DNA of 64,000 nucleotides from an uncultured Solirubrobacterales bacterium (GCA_963715775.1 OY970274.1:263043-327042), one strand, 5' to 3'. Numbered from the stretch's first letter, positions 49,049 to 59,611 are shown. A program made the numbers and translations. The notes: generated by a model not told the origin, from the sequence alone.

Positions 49049-50710
49049 TCAACTATGCGTGGCGAGGCGCTCGTGGACCGAGCGCACGGCGCTCGAGCCC
49101 TCGCCGACCGCGGCGGCGACGCGCTTCATCGAGCCGTGGCGTACATCGCCCGCGGCGAATATTCCCGGCACCGAGGTCTCAAACGGCAGCGGGCTCGGCG
49201 TCCCTGCGGCGATCGGCCCCGACAGCTGACGATCGGTGAGCACGAACCCGTCCCCGTCGAGCAGCACGCCGTCGCACAGCCAGCCCGTCGCCGGCTGCGC
49301 GCCGATGAAGCAGAACAGCCCCGAACAGGGAATCGTCTGCTTCTGGCCGGTCGCGGTGTGCCGCAGCGTGACCTCGTCCAGATGATCCTCACCCGCAAGG
49401 GCATCGACTTCGACGCCGGTCAGTAGGTTGATCTTCGGATCGGCGACGATCCGCTCGATCAGGTACTGGGACATGCTCTGGGTGATCTCGTCGCGCCGGA
49501 TCGCGATCGTGACACTGCAGTTGTGCTCGCCGAGATGGATCGCGGCCTGTCCCGCGGAGTTGCCGCCGCCGACGACGAGCACCGGCCTGCCGTCGCAAAC
49601 CCTCGCCTCGAGGTCGGTCGCGGCGTAGTAGACGCCGGCGCCCTCGAAGCGCTCGAGGTCTTCGACGTCCAGGCGCCGGTAGCTGGCGCCCGAGGCGACG
49701 ATCGCGGCGCGGGTCGGGACCTCTGAGCCGTCGCGGAGGATGACGACGTGGAATCCAGCCTCGACCCGCAGGCCCACGACTTCGCAAGGGGAGTTCAGCC
49801 GCGCGCCGAGCCGCATCGCCTGCACCGCGGATCGCGCGGTGAGATCGCCGCCGGAGATGCCGTTGGGAAAGCCCGTGTAGTTCTCGATCCGTGAGCTCGC
49901 ACCGGCCTGGCCGCCGATTGCGACGGCGTCCAGTGAGACCGTGCGCAGGCCCTCCGACGCCCCGTATACGGCGGCTGCCAGGCCCGCGGGGCCGCTGCCG
50001 ACGACGACGAGATCGAAGATGTAGCCGGGCTTCGGCCGGTAGGTCAGCCCGAGGTGTTCGGCGAAAACCGCCGGCGTGGTGCGGCGCAGGATCTCCGTGG
50101 GGGTGATCACGACCGGCATGTCCGCCGCGCGCAGCTCCATCGTCTGCAGTAGCGCCTCGATGTCCTCGGCGTCCTCGACGTCGATCCACGTGTGGGCCAG
50201 ACGCGAGTGCTCGGCGAACGCCCTCAGGCTCATCGCCTGCGGCGAATAGCGCGACCCGATGATTCTGATCGCCTGGGCGCCCTCACCGGTGCGCAGCAGC
50301 TCGCGGCGGGCGAGCAGCGCGCTGAAGATCACCCCGGCGAGGGTCGGGCGCAGGCTCATCAGCCGCCGGAAGTCGGGCTGGGGGACCGCCAGCACCCTGC
50401 CGGCTCGGCTGACGCGCGCGGTCAGGAAGCGGCGCTGGCCGGTCAGCAGGTTCAGCTCGCCGATGAAGTTGCCCGCTCCAAATACAAAGAGCGGCTCGTG
50501 CTCGGCGCCGTCGTCGGCCGGGCTGAGGATCGCCACGATCTCGACCTCGCCCTCGAGCACGACGAACAGGTCGTAGGAGGACTCGCCCGCCGCGAACAGC
50601 AGATCCCCCTCGCTCACCTGCCGCTCGGCGCCGAACTCGGCGACTTCCGCGAGCTCGGCGGCGCTCAGCACGGGCCAGGCGGCGGCACTCTGGTCACTGC
50701 GAGCGCTCAT
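49049..50710 (-). CDS. Cyclic-nucleotide-binding domain fused to a thioredoxin reductase-like FAD oxidoreductase
   Basis: N-terminal cNMP domain (F.GE..LL....R..TAR); GSGPAG, SSRIENY.GFP.G, GGGNSAGQAA, GDVR. Confidence 0.88.
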   Translation of the reverse strand: MSARSDQSAAAWPVLSAAELAEVAEFGAERQVSEGDLLFAAGESSYDLFVVLEGEVEIVAILSPADDGAEHEPLFVFGAGNFIGELNLLTGQRRFLTARVSRAGRVLAVPQPDFRRLMSLRPTLAGVIFSALLARRELLRTGEGAQAIRIIGSRYSPQAMSLRAFAEHSRLAHTWIDVEDAEDIEALLQTMELRAADMPVVITPTEILRRTTPAVFAEHLGLTYRPKPGYIFDLVVVGSGPAGLAAAVYGASEGLRTVSLDAVAIGGQAGASSRIENYTGFPNGISGGDLTARSAVQAMRLGARLNSPCEVVGLRVEAGFHVVILRDGSEVPTRAAIVASGASYRRLDVEDLERFEGAGVYYAATDLEARVCDGRPVLVVGGGNSAGQAAIHLGEHNCSVTIAIRRDEITQSMSQYLIERIVADPKINLLTGVEVDALAGEDHLDEVTLRHTATGQKQTIPCSGLFCFIGAQPATGWLCDGVLLDGDGFVLTDRQLSGPIAAGTPSPLPFETSVPGIFAAGDVRHGSMKRVAAAVGEGSSAVRSVHERLATHS

Positions 50711-50737
50711 GACGCGAGCTTAGCTTGAGATCTGCCT

Positions 50738-52210
50738 CTAAACCGTGACCGTGCGCGATTGCCCGAGCGGCGCCCCGCCGGTGCCGAGCGCTTGGACTGC
50801 CACGTACCGGCCGGGCGCCACGGGCGCGCGCAGCGCGCTCTCGAACCCCCGCGAGCGCGTGCCGGCAACCGGGGAGAGGGCTTCTGTCCGCGCACCGGCG
50901 AGCAGCTGCCAGCTCGCGACGCCGGTCGCCCCGTTCCAGCTGGCGTAAGCCGTCAACTGTTCACCGTCGCGCGCCGTGGCGAGCGCCGGGGCTTCGGCGG
51001 GCAGGCCCGTCCAGGGCAGGCGGAAGGCCCTGTAGGACTGATACTTCTCCCCGAGCACCGCGTCGAACAGCATGCGCCCGGCATGGTCGAACTCGGACAC
51101 GCGCGGCGCTTCTCCCCAGCCGATGAACACGTTCCCGTTTGGGAGCAGCTGCACGCTGCCCTGGCTACCGGAGAGGACCTTCGGGTGGGTGTACTGGTGC
51201 ACCAGGCTCGCGGTCATCGCCCGCTCGTCGAGGTCGAGGATCAGGCCGCGCGAGCGCTTCTCGACGGCTGGGGTCGCGCCGTTGTCGAAGATCGTGAGCG
51301 TCCCGTCGGGCCGGCGGCGAGCATGGTGCTGCCAGGCGAAGCCCGCGCCGGGATCGATCTCGAAGTCGCTGTGCTTGCCGCCCAGGCGCCACAGGATCGC
51401 CCCTCGGCGGTCGAGCTTGTAGACGGTCTGCATGCTGCGCGAGGAGACCAGCAGGTTGCCGTCGCCGTCGAGATCGACCGAGTTGATGTGAAAGAAGTCC
51501 CAGTTCGCTTCCACCGGCGCGTAGGAATCTCCCAGCGCCACGTGATCGAGGCTGTGCCACTCGAGCAGCAGCCTGCCGCTCGACAGGTCGATCTCCTGGA
51601 AGATTGCGTCCTGGATCGTGCCATCGCGCGGTCCGCCGACGGCGCGCAGGTCGGCTTTCCTGATCACATAGCTCGTCAGCAGCGCCGTATCGCGCGGCGT
51701 GATCACGAACTCGTGCAGGTCCCCGTGCAGCCCGCGCGCGGCCTGTACGCGTCGAATCGTGCGGTAGCCGGCATCCGCGATCACGTATTCGCCCACGCCG
51801 TGGCCGTACTCGATCAACCCCTCCCACCAGGTCAGGACCGGGCTGCCGCGGTAGCTCTGCACCCGGAAGTTGGTCGTCACCTTCCCCGCGATCGGGTTCT
51901 CCCAGATCGGCTCGCCGGTGTTGTCGACGATCACCGCGCCGACCTGACCGACCGGCGCGTTGTAGGGGGCGATGAAGATCGGGTCGGTGCAGACGCCCTG
52001 CTCGCAGCGGGCGATCGTCAGCGCCGGAATCCGCAGGTCCGGTCGCGTATGCCATTTCGGCGCTTTCGGCGGCGCTGGAGCGGATGATGCGAGGGCCGCA
52101 GCGGCGAGCTCGCCCACTCCCCCCGCAAGGGTGAGCCCGGCCACGCCGATCCCGGCGGAGCGAAGAAGCTGCCTGCGGGTCAGTGACGGATCGTCGTGGA
52201 CCATCTCCAT
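50738..52210 (-). CDS. Tat-exported arylsulfotransferase (ASST) family protein
   Basis: LTRRQLL twin-arginine signal; DLHEF, DFFHINSV, QHHAR, FDNG. Confidence 0.85.
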   Translation of the reverse strand: MEMVHDDPSLTRRQLLRSAGIGVAGLTLAGGVGELAAAALASSAPAPPKAPKWHTRPDLRIPALTIARCEQGVCTDPIFIAPYNAPVGQVGAVIVDNTGEPIWENPIAGKVTTNFRVQSYRGSPVLTWWEGLIEYGHGVGEYVIADAGYRTIRRVQAARGLHGDLHEFVITPRDTALLTSYVIRKADLRAVGGPRDGTIQDAIFQEIDLSSGRLLLEWHSLDHVALGDSYAPVEANWDFFHINSVDLDGDGNLLVSSRSMQTVYKLDRRGAILWRLGGKHSDFEIDPGAGFAWQHHARRRPDGTLTIFDNGATPAVEKRSRGLILDLDERAMTASLVHQYTHPKVLSGSQGSVQLLPNGNVFIGWGEAPRVSEFDHAGRMLFDAVLGEKYQSYRAFRLPWTGLPAEAPALATARDGEQLTAYASWNGATGVASWQLLAGARTEALSPVAGTRSRGFESALRAPVAPGRYVAVQALGTGGAPLGQSRTVTV

Positions 52211-52291
52211 CACCCAGGAAAGCGCATCTCCCGAAAGACTCTCTAAGCGTCTTGAAGAAATGCGCGAGAGCCCACTAGGATCACTGGGGCG

Positions 52292-53200
52292 ATGAGCGAG
52301 CCGGCGTCCCTGGAAGATGCGATCACGCACGGCGAGGCCGTCCTCGACGGCGGTCTGCGCTTGCACTATGTGGAGGCGGGGGAGGGTCCGCTGGTCGTCC
52401 TGCTCCACGGCTTCCCCGAGCTCTGGTACTCCTGGCGCCGTCAGCTGCAGCCGCTCGCCGCCGCCGGCTTTCACGTGGTGGCGCCGGACATGCGTGGCTA
52501 CAACCTCTCGGACAAGCCCGCGGGCTGGCGTGCCTATGACATGAAGTTCCTTGCGGGCGATATCGCCGGGTTGATCAAGCACTTCGGCGTCGAGCGCGCC
52601 GATGTCGTCGGTCACGACTGGGGCGCCGCGGTCGCCTACGGGGTGGCGGCGCTGCACCCTGAGTCGGTGCGGCGGCTGGCGATCCTCAACGTGCCCCATC
52701 CGGCGCGGATGCTTGCGGGGCTGAAGACTCTCAAGCAGCTGCGTAAGAGCTGGTACATGTTCTTCTTCCAGCTGCCCTCGATCCCCGAGCGGCTGTTGCG
52801 GCGCGACGGCTTCTCGGGGCTGAAGCGTGCGATGCGCGCCGATCGCGCGAAGCTCGGCAGGCCGACCGTATTCAGCGACGAGGTGCTCGAGCGCTACACG
52901 CAGGCGTGGTCGGAGCCCGGTGCGTTGACCGCGATGCTTGGCTACTACCGCGCCGCCCTGCGCCAGTCGCCGCGCGCGGCCGGCGCGAGGATGCGCCCGA
53001 TCGATGCGCCCACGCTCGTGATCTGGGGCGATCGCGACACCCTGCTCGGAGCGGAGCTGGCCGAGCCGGAAGCGCGCTGGGTGAAGGACGTGCGCGTCGT
53101 GCACCTGCCCGAGGCGACGCACTGGGTCCAGCACGACGAGCCGGAGCGCGTCAACGAGCTGCTGATCGAGTTTCTCGGCGGCACTGAGCCCGCCGCCTAA
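52292..53200 (+). CDS. Alpha/beta hydrolase (epoxide hydrolase-like)
   Basis: LLHGFPE, GHDWG, SWYMFFF, HWVQHD. Confidence 0.92.
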   Translation: MSEPASLEDAITHGEAVLDGGLRLHYVEAGEGPLVVLLHGFPELWYSWRRQLQPLAAAGFHVVAPDMRGYNLSDKPAGWRAYDMKFLAGDIAGLIKHFGVERADVVGHDWGAAVAYGVAALHPESVRRLAILNVPHPARMLAGLKTLKQLRKSWYMFFFQLPSIPERLLRRDGFSGLKRAMRADRAKLGRPTVFSDEVLERYTQAWSEPGALTAMLGYYRAALRQSPRAAGARMRPIDAPTLVIWGDRDTLLGAELAEPEARWVKDVRVVHLPEATHWVQHDEPERVNELLIEFLGGTEPAA

Positions 53201-53269
53201 GCGATAGACCTCCGTCCGGTCCGCCCTGCCCGTCGGCGTGGGCGCGGGCCGGGTCGATGATCCCCGCGC

Positions 53270-54775
53270 TCAGACACCGACGCGCGCCGGGACGGGCCGC
53301 TCGACCTCCACGGGTCCCTGTGTCTGCTCCGGATCGTCTTCGCACAACCGCGCGGCGGTCGCGGTCGCTGTGTCGAGCGCCCAGCGCGTGGTCGTGACCA
53401 GCCCGAGCACGACGATCAGCGCGCCGCAGCCGGCGAGGAGCCACCAGCCCGGGTGGGTCCCGGTCGCCAGCAGCGCCGGGTCTGCCGTCGCCACGACCGC
53501 GATTGCGCCGGCCAGCGCGACGCCGAGCGACTGGCCCACCTGCCGGCTCGTGGAGGCGACGGCCGAGGCGACGCCGGCCTGCGCCGGCGGCATCCCGGAG
53601 ACGGCGGTGTTTGTGATCGGCGGGTTGACCGAGCCGAAGCCGATCCCGAAGACGACGTAGGCGGCGAGCAGCCAGGCCGGTGAAGTGGACACGGTCAGGC
53701 CCGTCAGCATCAGACCCGAGAGCAGGATCGCGCCGCCGCCGATCACGAGCGACGGGCGTGCGCCGCGCGCGCCGACCAGACGCCCGGTCAGCGGTCCAAC
53801 GACGACCGTGATCGCCGCCATCGGCAGCGTGTAGAGGCCGGCGTGGAAGGGCGATAGGCCGCGCGCCTCCTGCAGGTAGATCGTGTTCAGGAACAGGAAG
53901 GCGCCGAGTGCGATGAAGGCGGCGATCGCGGTAAGGGTCGCGCCCGAAAAGGGCACGCTCGCGAAGAAGCGCACGTCGATCAGGGGATCGACGCGACGCC
54001 GCTCGTAGCGGACGAGCGCGCCGACGGCGACCGCCGCGAGCGCGAACAGGCCGAGGATCTCGCCCGAAAGCCAGCCGTGGGAGGGCCCCTCGATGATCGC
54101 GTAGACGGTGCTCGCGAGCAGCACGATCACGAGCAGCTGCCCCACGGGGTCCACACGCCGGGGGCGCGGCGCCTTGGACTCGGGCACGAAGCGCCAGGTG
54201 AGCGCCGCCGCGAGCAGGCCGATCGGCACGTTCACCCAGAAGACCGAGCGCCAGCTGCCGGCGTCGACGAGCGCGCCGCCGAGCACCGGGCCCATCGCCA
54301 TGCTGAGGCCGATCACGCCCGCCCACAGCCCGATCGCCTGCGCGCGCTCGCGCGCGTCCGTGAAGGTGTTGCGGATGATCGACATCGCGACCGGGTTGAG
54401 CATCGAGCCACCGACCGCCTGGACCATGCGAAAGACGATCAGCAGTTGCACGGTCGGCGCGAGGCTGCAGAGCAGCGAGCCGAGCGTGAACAGCACCAGC
54501 CCGAGCTTGAACACGCGCGCGCGACCGAAGCGGTCGGCCATCGAGCCCGAGAGCATCAAGAGGCTCGCGAGCACCAGCGTGTAGGAGTCGATCGTCCACT
54601 GCAGCTGCGGCACCGAGGCGTGCAGTTCGCGGCGGATCGAGGGCAGCGCGACGTTCACGATCGTGTTGTCGAGCCCGACGATGAACAGGCTCATGCAGCA
54701 GATCGCGAGGATCAGGTAGCGGCGGCGGTCGGGCGCCTGAGCCGGTGGGAACGCTGCGCTTGCGCTTGTGGCCAC
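53270..54775 (-). CDS. MFS drug transporter, DHA2 (EmrB/QacA) family
   Basis: LDNTIVNVALP, DRFGR, GPVLGG.L...WR.VFWVNVP. Confidence 0.93.
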   Translation of the reverse strand: MATSASAAFPPAQAPDRRRYLILAICCMSLFIVGLDNTIVNVALPSIRRELHASVPQLQWTIDSYTLVLASLLMLSGSMADRFGRARVFKLGLVLFTLGSLLCSLAPTVQLLIVFRMVQAVGGSMLNPVAMSIIRNTFTDARERAQAIGLWAGVIGLSMAMGPVLGGALVDAGSWRSVFWVNVPIGLLAAALTWRFVPESKAPRPRRVDPVGQLLVIVLLASTVYAIIEGPSHGWLSGEILGLFALAAVAVGALVRYERRRVDPLIDVRFFASVPFSGATLTAIAAFIALGAFLFLNTIYLQEARGLSPFHAGLYTLPMAAITVVVGPLTGRLVGARGARPSLVIGGGAILLSGLMLTGLTVSTSPAWLLAAYVVFGIGFGSVNPPITNTAVSGMPPAQAGVASAVASTSRQVGQSLGVALAGAIAVVATADPALLATGTHPGWWLLAGCGALIVVLGLVTTTRWALDTATATAARLCEDDPEQTQGPVEVERPVPARVGV

Positions 54776-54891
54776 CCAACGACTGTAGTGTCCGATCGCG
54801 CGCCCGCGTGGGAGCGCAGGGGCCGCGTGGAGGCGCGAAGCTCGCCGCCTGGAGCGCCAGAGCCCTCCGGCGCGGCCAATACGCTCAAGTC

Positions 54892-56493
54892 ATGCAGCCC
54901 GACGAGCGTCTCGCCGTGATCGATCTCGGCTCGAACTCGTTCCGGCTCGTCGTCTTCGCGGCAGCCGACGGCTGGTGGAAGCGCACGGATGAGATCTATG
55001 AGCCTGTGCGGATCGGCGAGGGGCTGGCGGCGAGCGGCAGGCTGGGGGAGAAGCCGATGCGGCGCGCGCTTGCAACGCTCGACGTGTTCGCCCATTTCTG
55101 TCGCGCCGCCGGCTTACTGCCCGATCCGGGTTCCTCAATGGCGGGGGCCGAAGGCACGGTCGACGCGGTCGCGACGAGCGCGATCCGCGACGCGGAGAAT
55201 GCGGCCGAGTTCCTCGCGCGCGCACGGGAGCTGACCGGGCTGCCGATCCGCGTGCTCGATCGCAAAGCCGAGGCGCGCTACGGCTACCTGGCGGCGATCA
55301 ACTCGACGACGCTGCACGACGGCTGCGTGCTCGACCTCGGCGGCGGATCGCTGCAACTGGTGCGCGTGACCGAGCGCCTGGCGCGCGACTGCGGCTCCTG
55401 GCGCCTCGGCGCCGTGCGAATGACCGAGCGTTTCCTGCCGCCGAACGGACCGGCCAAGCGCAAGCAGATGGAGGAGCTGCGCGAGCACGTCGCGCGCGAG
55501 CTCGAGCAGGCGCCCTGGCTCGCACGGGCCGGCCGGCGTCTCATTGGGATCGGGGGGACCGTGCGCAGCCTTGCGACCGCAGCGCAGCGCGCGGCGGGGT
55601 TGCCTTCGAACGGTGTACAGGGCATGGTGATCGAACGCGGGGCGCTCGACGATCTGGTGGAGCGACTGGCCGCGCTGCCCGTCGCCGAGCGCAGCACGAT
55701 TCCCGGTATCAAGCCCGCCCGCGCGGACCTGATCCTCGCCGGGGCGATCGTCGTGCAGGTTGTGCTCGAGGCCGGCGGTTTCGACGGCCTCGAGGCGACC
55801 GAGGCGGGGTTGCGCGAGGGGGTGTTCTTCGAGCGCCTGCTCAGCCGGCAGGAGCGGCCGCTGTTCGAGGATCTCAGGCACACGAGCGTGATGAACCTGG
55901 CGACCCGCTACAACGTCGACGCCGCGCACACACGTCACGTCGCCGCGCTGGCGCTCGGGATGTTCGACGAGCTGGCGCGCCTCGGGCTGCACGACGGCGA
56001 TCCGCGCGAGCGCGAGCTCTTGTGGGCGGCCTGCATGCTGCACGACATCGGCATGTCGGTCGACTACGACGACCACCACAAGCACTCGCGCTACCTGATC
56101 CTCAACGGCGGCCTGCCGGGCTTTACCCCGGTCGAGGTCGCGACGATCGCGCAGGCCGCCCGCTACCACCGTAAGGGCATGCCCGATCCGGGGCCGCTCG
56201 CGGCCCTGTTCGAGGCCGAGGACATGGCGCGCCTGAACCGCTGCGCCGTGCTGTTGCGCCTGGCCGAGGACCTCGAGCGCTCGCGCGACCAGCTCGTGCG
56301 CGGCGTCGAGGTCTCACTGCTCGGCGGCGGCAAGCCCTCCAACGGAGCCGGTGCGGATGGAGGCGAAGGCGCGGGCGAAGTCGAGCTGCGCGTGATCGCC
56401 GACGGCGACGCGGCCGTGCCCCGCTGGGCGGCCAGTCGCGAGACCGAGCTGTTTGCGCGGGCCTTTCATCACGATCTATCGGTAGCGGCGTAG
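54892..56493 (+). CDS. ppx: Ppx/GppA exopolyphosphatase with HD domain
   Basis: IDLGSNSFRL, ATSAIRDA, DLGGGS, LREG, LHDIG. Confidence 0.9.
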   Translation: MQPDERLAVIDLGSNSFRLVVFAAADGWWKRTDEIYEPVRIGEGLAASGRLGEKPMRRALATLDVFAHFCRAAGLLPDPGSSMAGAEGTVDAVATSAIRDAENAAEFLARARELTGLPIRVLDRKAEARYGYLAAINSTTLHDGCVLDLGGGSLQLVRVTERLARDCGSWRLGAVRMTERFLPPNGPAKRKQMEELREHVARELEQAPWLARAGRRLIGIGGTVRSLATAAQRAAGLPSNGVQGMVIERGALDDLVERLAALPVAERSTIPGIKPARADLILAGAIVVQVVLEAGGFDGLEATEAGLREGVFFERLLSRQERPLFEDLRHTSVMNLATRYNVDAAHTRHVAALALGMFDELARLGLHDGDPRERELLWAACMLHDIGMSVDYDDHHKHSRYLILNGGLPGFTPVEVATIAQAARYHRKGMPDPGPLAALFEAEDMARLNRCAVLLRLAEDLERSRDQLVRGVEVSLLGGGKPSNGAGADGGEGAGEVELRVIADGDAAVPRWAASRETELFARAFHHDLSVAA

Positions 56494-56509
56494 CCCGAAC
56501 CGAACTTGC

Positions 56510-58516
56510 TCAGCCGGCGGCCGCCAACGCTCGTTCGTGCCCGGCGCAGTCGAACAGCGCGAGGCCGTACGGGTAGGGGACCGGGCTGCGCCAGGCTGAG
56601 GGCGCGAGCTCCGTGCAGGCGCGCAGAACCGCGCGCGTGGCGCGGTTGCCGCCGCGCAGCGAGTACTCGCCGCCGAGCAGCACGTAGCGCGCTTGGTGGT
56701 TGGCGACCATCCGCGCGAGCTCGGGGCCTTCGACGGCCGGGTCGGTGCCGCTGTAGCCGCCGAGTGCGCCCGCGTCGAGGCCAAACAGCATCATCGGGGC
56801 GGCGGTGTCGGAGGCGACCGTCAACAGCGCCCAGCGTGTGCCGGGGTCGTGCGTGCTGACGTAGTCGGCCAGCGCGCGGTCGATGCTCTCGTCGCGCGCG
56901 TCGACGCCGTAGGCGCCGGCGCCGGGATCGTGATGGGGGCCGGCGGCGGGGAACGTGCCCTCGGCCGGCGCCAGCCACGTGGTGGTCGAGTAGGCGCCCG
57001 GCGCCACCAGCAGCAGTAGGAAGGTGAAGGCGATCGCCGGCACCGCGAGGCGGCGCAGGGCGAAGAACGCGCAGACGCCGGCGGCTCCGCCGGCCACGAG
57101 CACCGGGATGAACCACTCCATGTAGTGCTCGCGGTGCATCAGCACGACCTGCACCGCGACCGTCGCCGCGACCGCGCAGGCGAACAGCACGAGGCTCGAG
57201 ATCCGGCGCGCTCCGAGCGCGGGCCCGCGTGCGAGCTCGACGAGCGCGAGGACACCGGCGCCGGCCATCGCGCCGGTTCCGGGCGCGAGCCCGGAGACGT
57301 AATAGGGGTGCACGATCCCCTTCGAGAGGCTCAAAACGACCGCCTCGACCGCGAACCATCCTCCGAGCACGAGCAGCGCCATCAGCCGAAGATCGCGCCG
57401 GCCGTCGAGGATCAACAGCAGCCCCAGCGAGAGCAGCCCGACGAGCGCGAACGGGAGCATCCAGGCGGCCTGATCGCCGAGTCCGATGTGGAACAGCCGC
57501 AGGGGGCCGGGAGGGCCGCCGAAGGGGATCGGGTTCTTTTCCCGGCCCTTCGTCACGACCGGCGCCAGCGTCGGGGTGGGCTCGTTTTTAGCGGCGCTCG
57601 ACGCCGACGCACCATGTGCGGCACCCGGACCGGCGCCGTTGCCGGAATGAGCATGGGCGGCCTTTTCGGCGACCGCGCGTTCGCGCGCAGGCGGTACATA
57701 TGCCCCGGGCAGAACGGCCACCTGCCCGGGGCCACCGGACTGCCCTTCGACGCGCCCGAAGCCGTTGTATTCGAACGTCAGACCAAGCTCCGTGTTGTTC
57801 GTCGAGCTGCCCACGTAGGGTCGCTGGGAGGCGGGGGTGAGTTCGACGACGGCGATCCACGCGAACGAGACGGCGAGCATCGCCAGGCCGGCGACCGCGA
57901 GCTGGCCAATGCGTCGTGGAATCGAGCCGGGGGCGCAGACGAGGTAGGCGAGCGCGACCCCGGGGACGACGAGGTAGGCGGCGAGCGTCTTCGTGTTGAA
58001 GGCGAGCCCGACGAGCACGCCGCACCACAAGAGCGTGCGCCAGCGGCCGGTCTCGCAGGCGCGCAGCGCGGCGCCACAGGCGAGCACGAGCAGCAGGATC
58101 AGCACCGGGTCGACGCCGTTCTCGCGCGAGACGGCCACGAACGACGGGAACACGGCCAGCGCGAGCGCGCCGGCAATCGCGGGCCAGGGGCCGAGTCGGC
58201 GGCTCATCACCCAGTACAGCGCCGCGACCGAGAGCACGCCGATGATCGCCTCGGGCAGTAGCAGGCTGAGGGGGGAGAAGCCGAACAGCTTTGCGCTCGC
58301 GGCCTGCACCCACAGCGCCAGCGGCGGCTTGTCGACCGTGACCAGCCCGCCGGGGTCGAACGAGACGAACAGGAAATTGTGCCACGAGCGCAGCATCGAC
58401 CGCACGCCGGCCGAGTAGAAGATGTTGGCGTAGCCGTTCTGGGAGAGCTTGTTGAGGTTCAGCACGGCCGACAGCGCGAGCACGCCCGCGAGCGCGAGAC
58501 GGCGGAGAACGATCAT
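56510..58516 (-). CDS. GT39 (ArnT/PMT-like) membrane glycosyltransferase
   Basis: YSAGVRSM..SWHNF.F..FDP.G.VTVDKPP, VGLAFNTK.L. Confidence 0.88.
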   Translation of the reverse strand: MIVLRRLALAGVLALSAVLNLNKLSQNGYANIFYSAGVRSMLRSWHNFLFVSFDPGGLVTVDKPPLALWVQAASAKLFGFSPLSLLLPEAIIGVLSVAALYWVMSRRLGPWPAIAGALALAVFPSFVAVSRENGVDPVLILLLVLACGAALRACETGRWRTLLWCGVLVGLAFNTKTLAAYLVVPGVALAYLVCAPGSIPRRIGQLAVAGLAMLAVSFAWIAVVELTPASQRPYVGSSTNNTELGLTFEYNGFGRVEGQSGGPGQVAVLPGAYVPPARERAVAEKAAHAHSGNGAGPGAAHGASASSAAKNEPTPTLAPVVTKGREKNPIPFGGPPGPLRLFHIGLGDQAAWMLPFALVGLLSLGLLLILDGRRDLRLMALLVLGGWFAVEAVVLSLSKGIVHPYYVSGLAPGTGAMAGAGVLALVELARGPALGARRISSLVLFACAVAATVAVQVVLMHREHYMEWFIPVLVAGGAAGVCAFFALRRLAVPAIAFTFLLLLVAPGAYSTTTWLAPAEGTFPAAGPHHDPGAGAYGVDARDESIDRALADYVSTHDPGTRWALLTVASDTAAPMMLFGLDAGALGGYSGTDPAVEGPELARMVANHQARYVLLGGEYSLRGGNRATRAVLRACTELAPSAWRSPVPYPYGLALFDCAGHERALAAAG

Positions 58517-59592
58517 CCGTGCAGCGCGCTGAGCAGCCGATCGAGGTCGCCCTCGTCGTTCCATGCCCCGACCGAGGCGCGCAGCCACGGTCGTCCCGGG
58601 ATGTCGCGCAGCACCACACCGCCTGCGGCGAGCCGTGCGCGCTCGGCTTCGGGATCGGCGCGCTCGAAGGAGACCAGGGTGCTCTTGCCCCGCGGGGCGA
58701 CAGAGATGTCCCGTTCTCCCAGCAGCTCCGCCAGTCGTGCGGCCAGTGCGATCGCGCGCTCGTGCACCGCCCCCCAGCCCGCCGACGCCAGCAGTGTCGT
58801 GGACGCCAGCGCGCCGGCGACGGTCTCGGCGCTGAGGCTCAGCGAGTCAAAGCGTCTGCCGTCCTCGTGCAGCTGGGCCTCCAGGCCCTCGTTCGGGTCG
58901 GCCAGGTTCGGATAGCCGCGCCGGGCCACCTGTACCTGCGCACGCAGGGCTGGGCTCACGTACAGCATCCCCGTCCCGTCCGGGCCGCACAGCCACTTCT
59001 GCCCGGCCCCCGCATATGCGTCGCAGCCGAGCGCCGCCACATCGACCGGTACGGCGCCGACTCCCTGCGCGCCGTCGAGCAGCACGGGGACCTCGACCTG
59101 CCCCAGCTCCTCCGGAGCGACGCTCCCGCTCATCCAGCCGACGTGTGAGCAGGCGACGAGCCGCGTCTTGGGACCGAGGGCATTCGCCACCTCGGCGAAC
59201 GGCACCGCCCTGATCGAGACGCCCTTCAGCTCCCGCGCGGCGCTCAGCGCGCCCAGCAGCCCGGGGTGCTCCTCGTCGCTCGTCACGATCTCATCGCCCG
59301 GGCTCAGCTCCAGGCCGCCGATCACCTGCGCGATACCCTCGCTCGTCGACGTCGTCAGCGCCAGATCCGCGCTGTCACAGCCAAGCGCCGCGGCGTAGAG
59401 CGCTCGCAACTGCCCGTTCAGCTCCGTGCGCCGTTCGAAGTGCGCCTGCGTGCGGCCCGCTTCAGCCTCGCGGTTGAGCTCGTCCCCGGCGGCGGCCACC
59501 GCGCGCGCGGGCAGCGGCCCGTCGGTGCCGGCGTTCAGATAGGCCAGCCGCTGCAGGACGGGAAACTCGGCACGTAACCCGGGAAGCTCCAC
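58513..59592 (-). CDS. Class V PLP-dependent aminotransferase-like enzyme
   Basis: YLNAGT.GP, EHPG, LDGAQGVG, GQKWLCGP (PLP lysine); start GTG 59592 or ATG 59613. Confidence 0.85.
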   Translation of the reverse strand: MELPGLRAEFPVLQRLAYLNAGTDGPLPARAVAAAGDELNREAEAGRTQAHFERRTELNGQLRALYAAALGCDSADLALTTSTSEGIAQVIGGLELSPGDEIVTSDEEHPGLLGALSAARELKGVSIRAVPFAEVANALGPKTRLVACSHVGWMSGSVAPEELGQVEVPVLLDGAQGVGAVPVDVAALGCDAYAGAGQKWLCGPDGTGMLYVSPALRAQVQVARRGYPNLADPNEGLEAQLHEDGRRFDSLSLSAETVAGALASTTLLASAGWGAVHERAIALAARLAELLGERDISVAPRGKSTLVSFERADPEAERARLAAGGVVLRDIPGRPWLRASVGAWNDEGDLDRLLSALHG

Positions 59593-59611
59593 AAACCGCG
59601 AGAATACCCGC

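Noticed and set aside
50738-53134. 798-aa fusion of the sulfotransferase with an N-terminal extension
   Set aside because: The extension is antisense to the alpha/beta hydrolase; the Tat signal places the start near 52210
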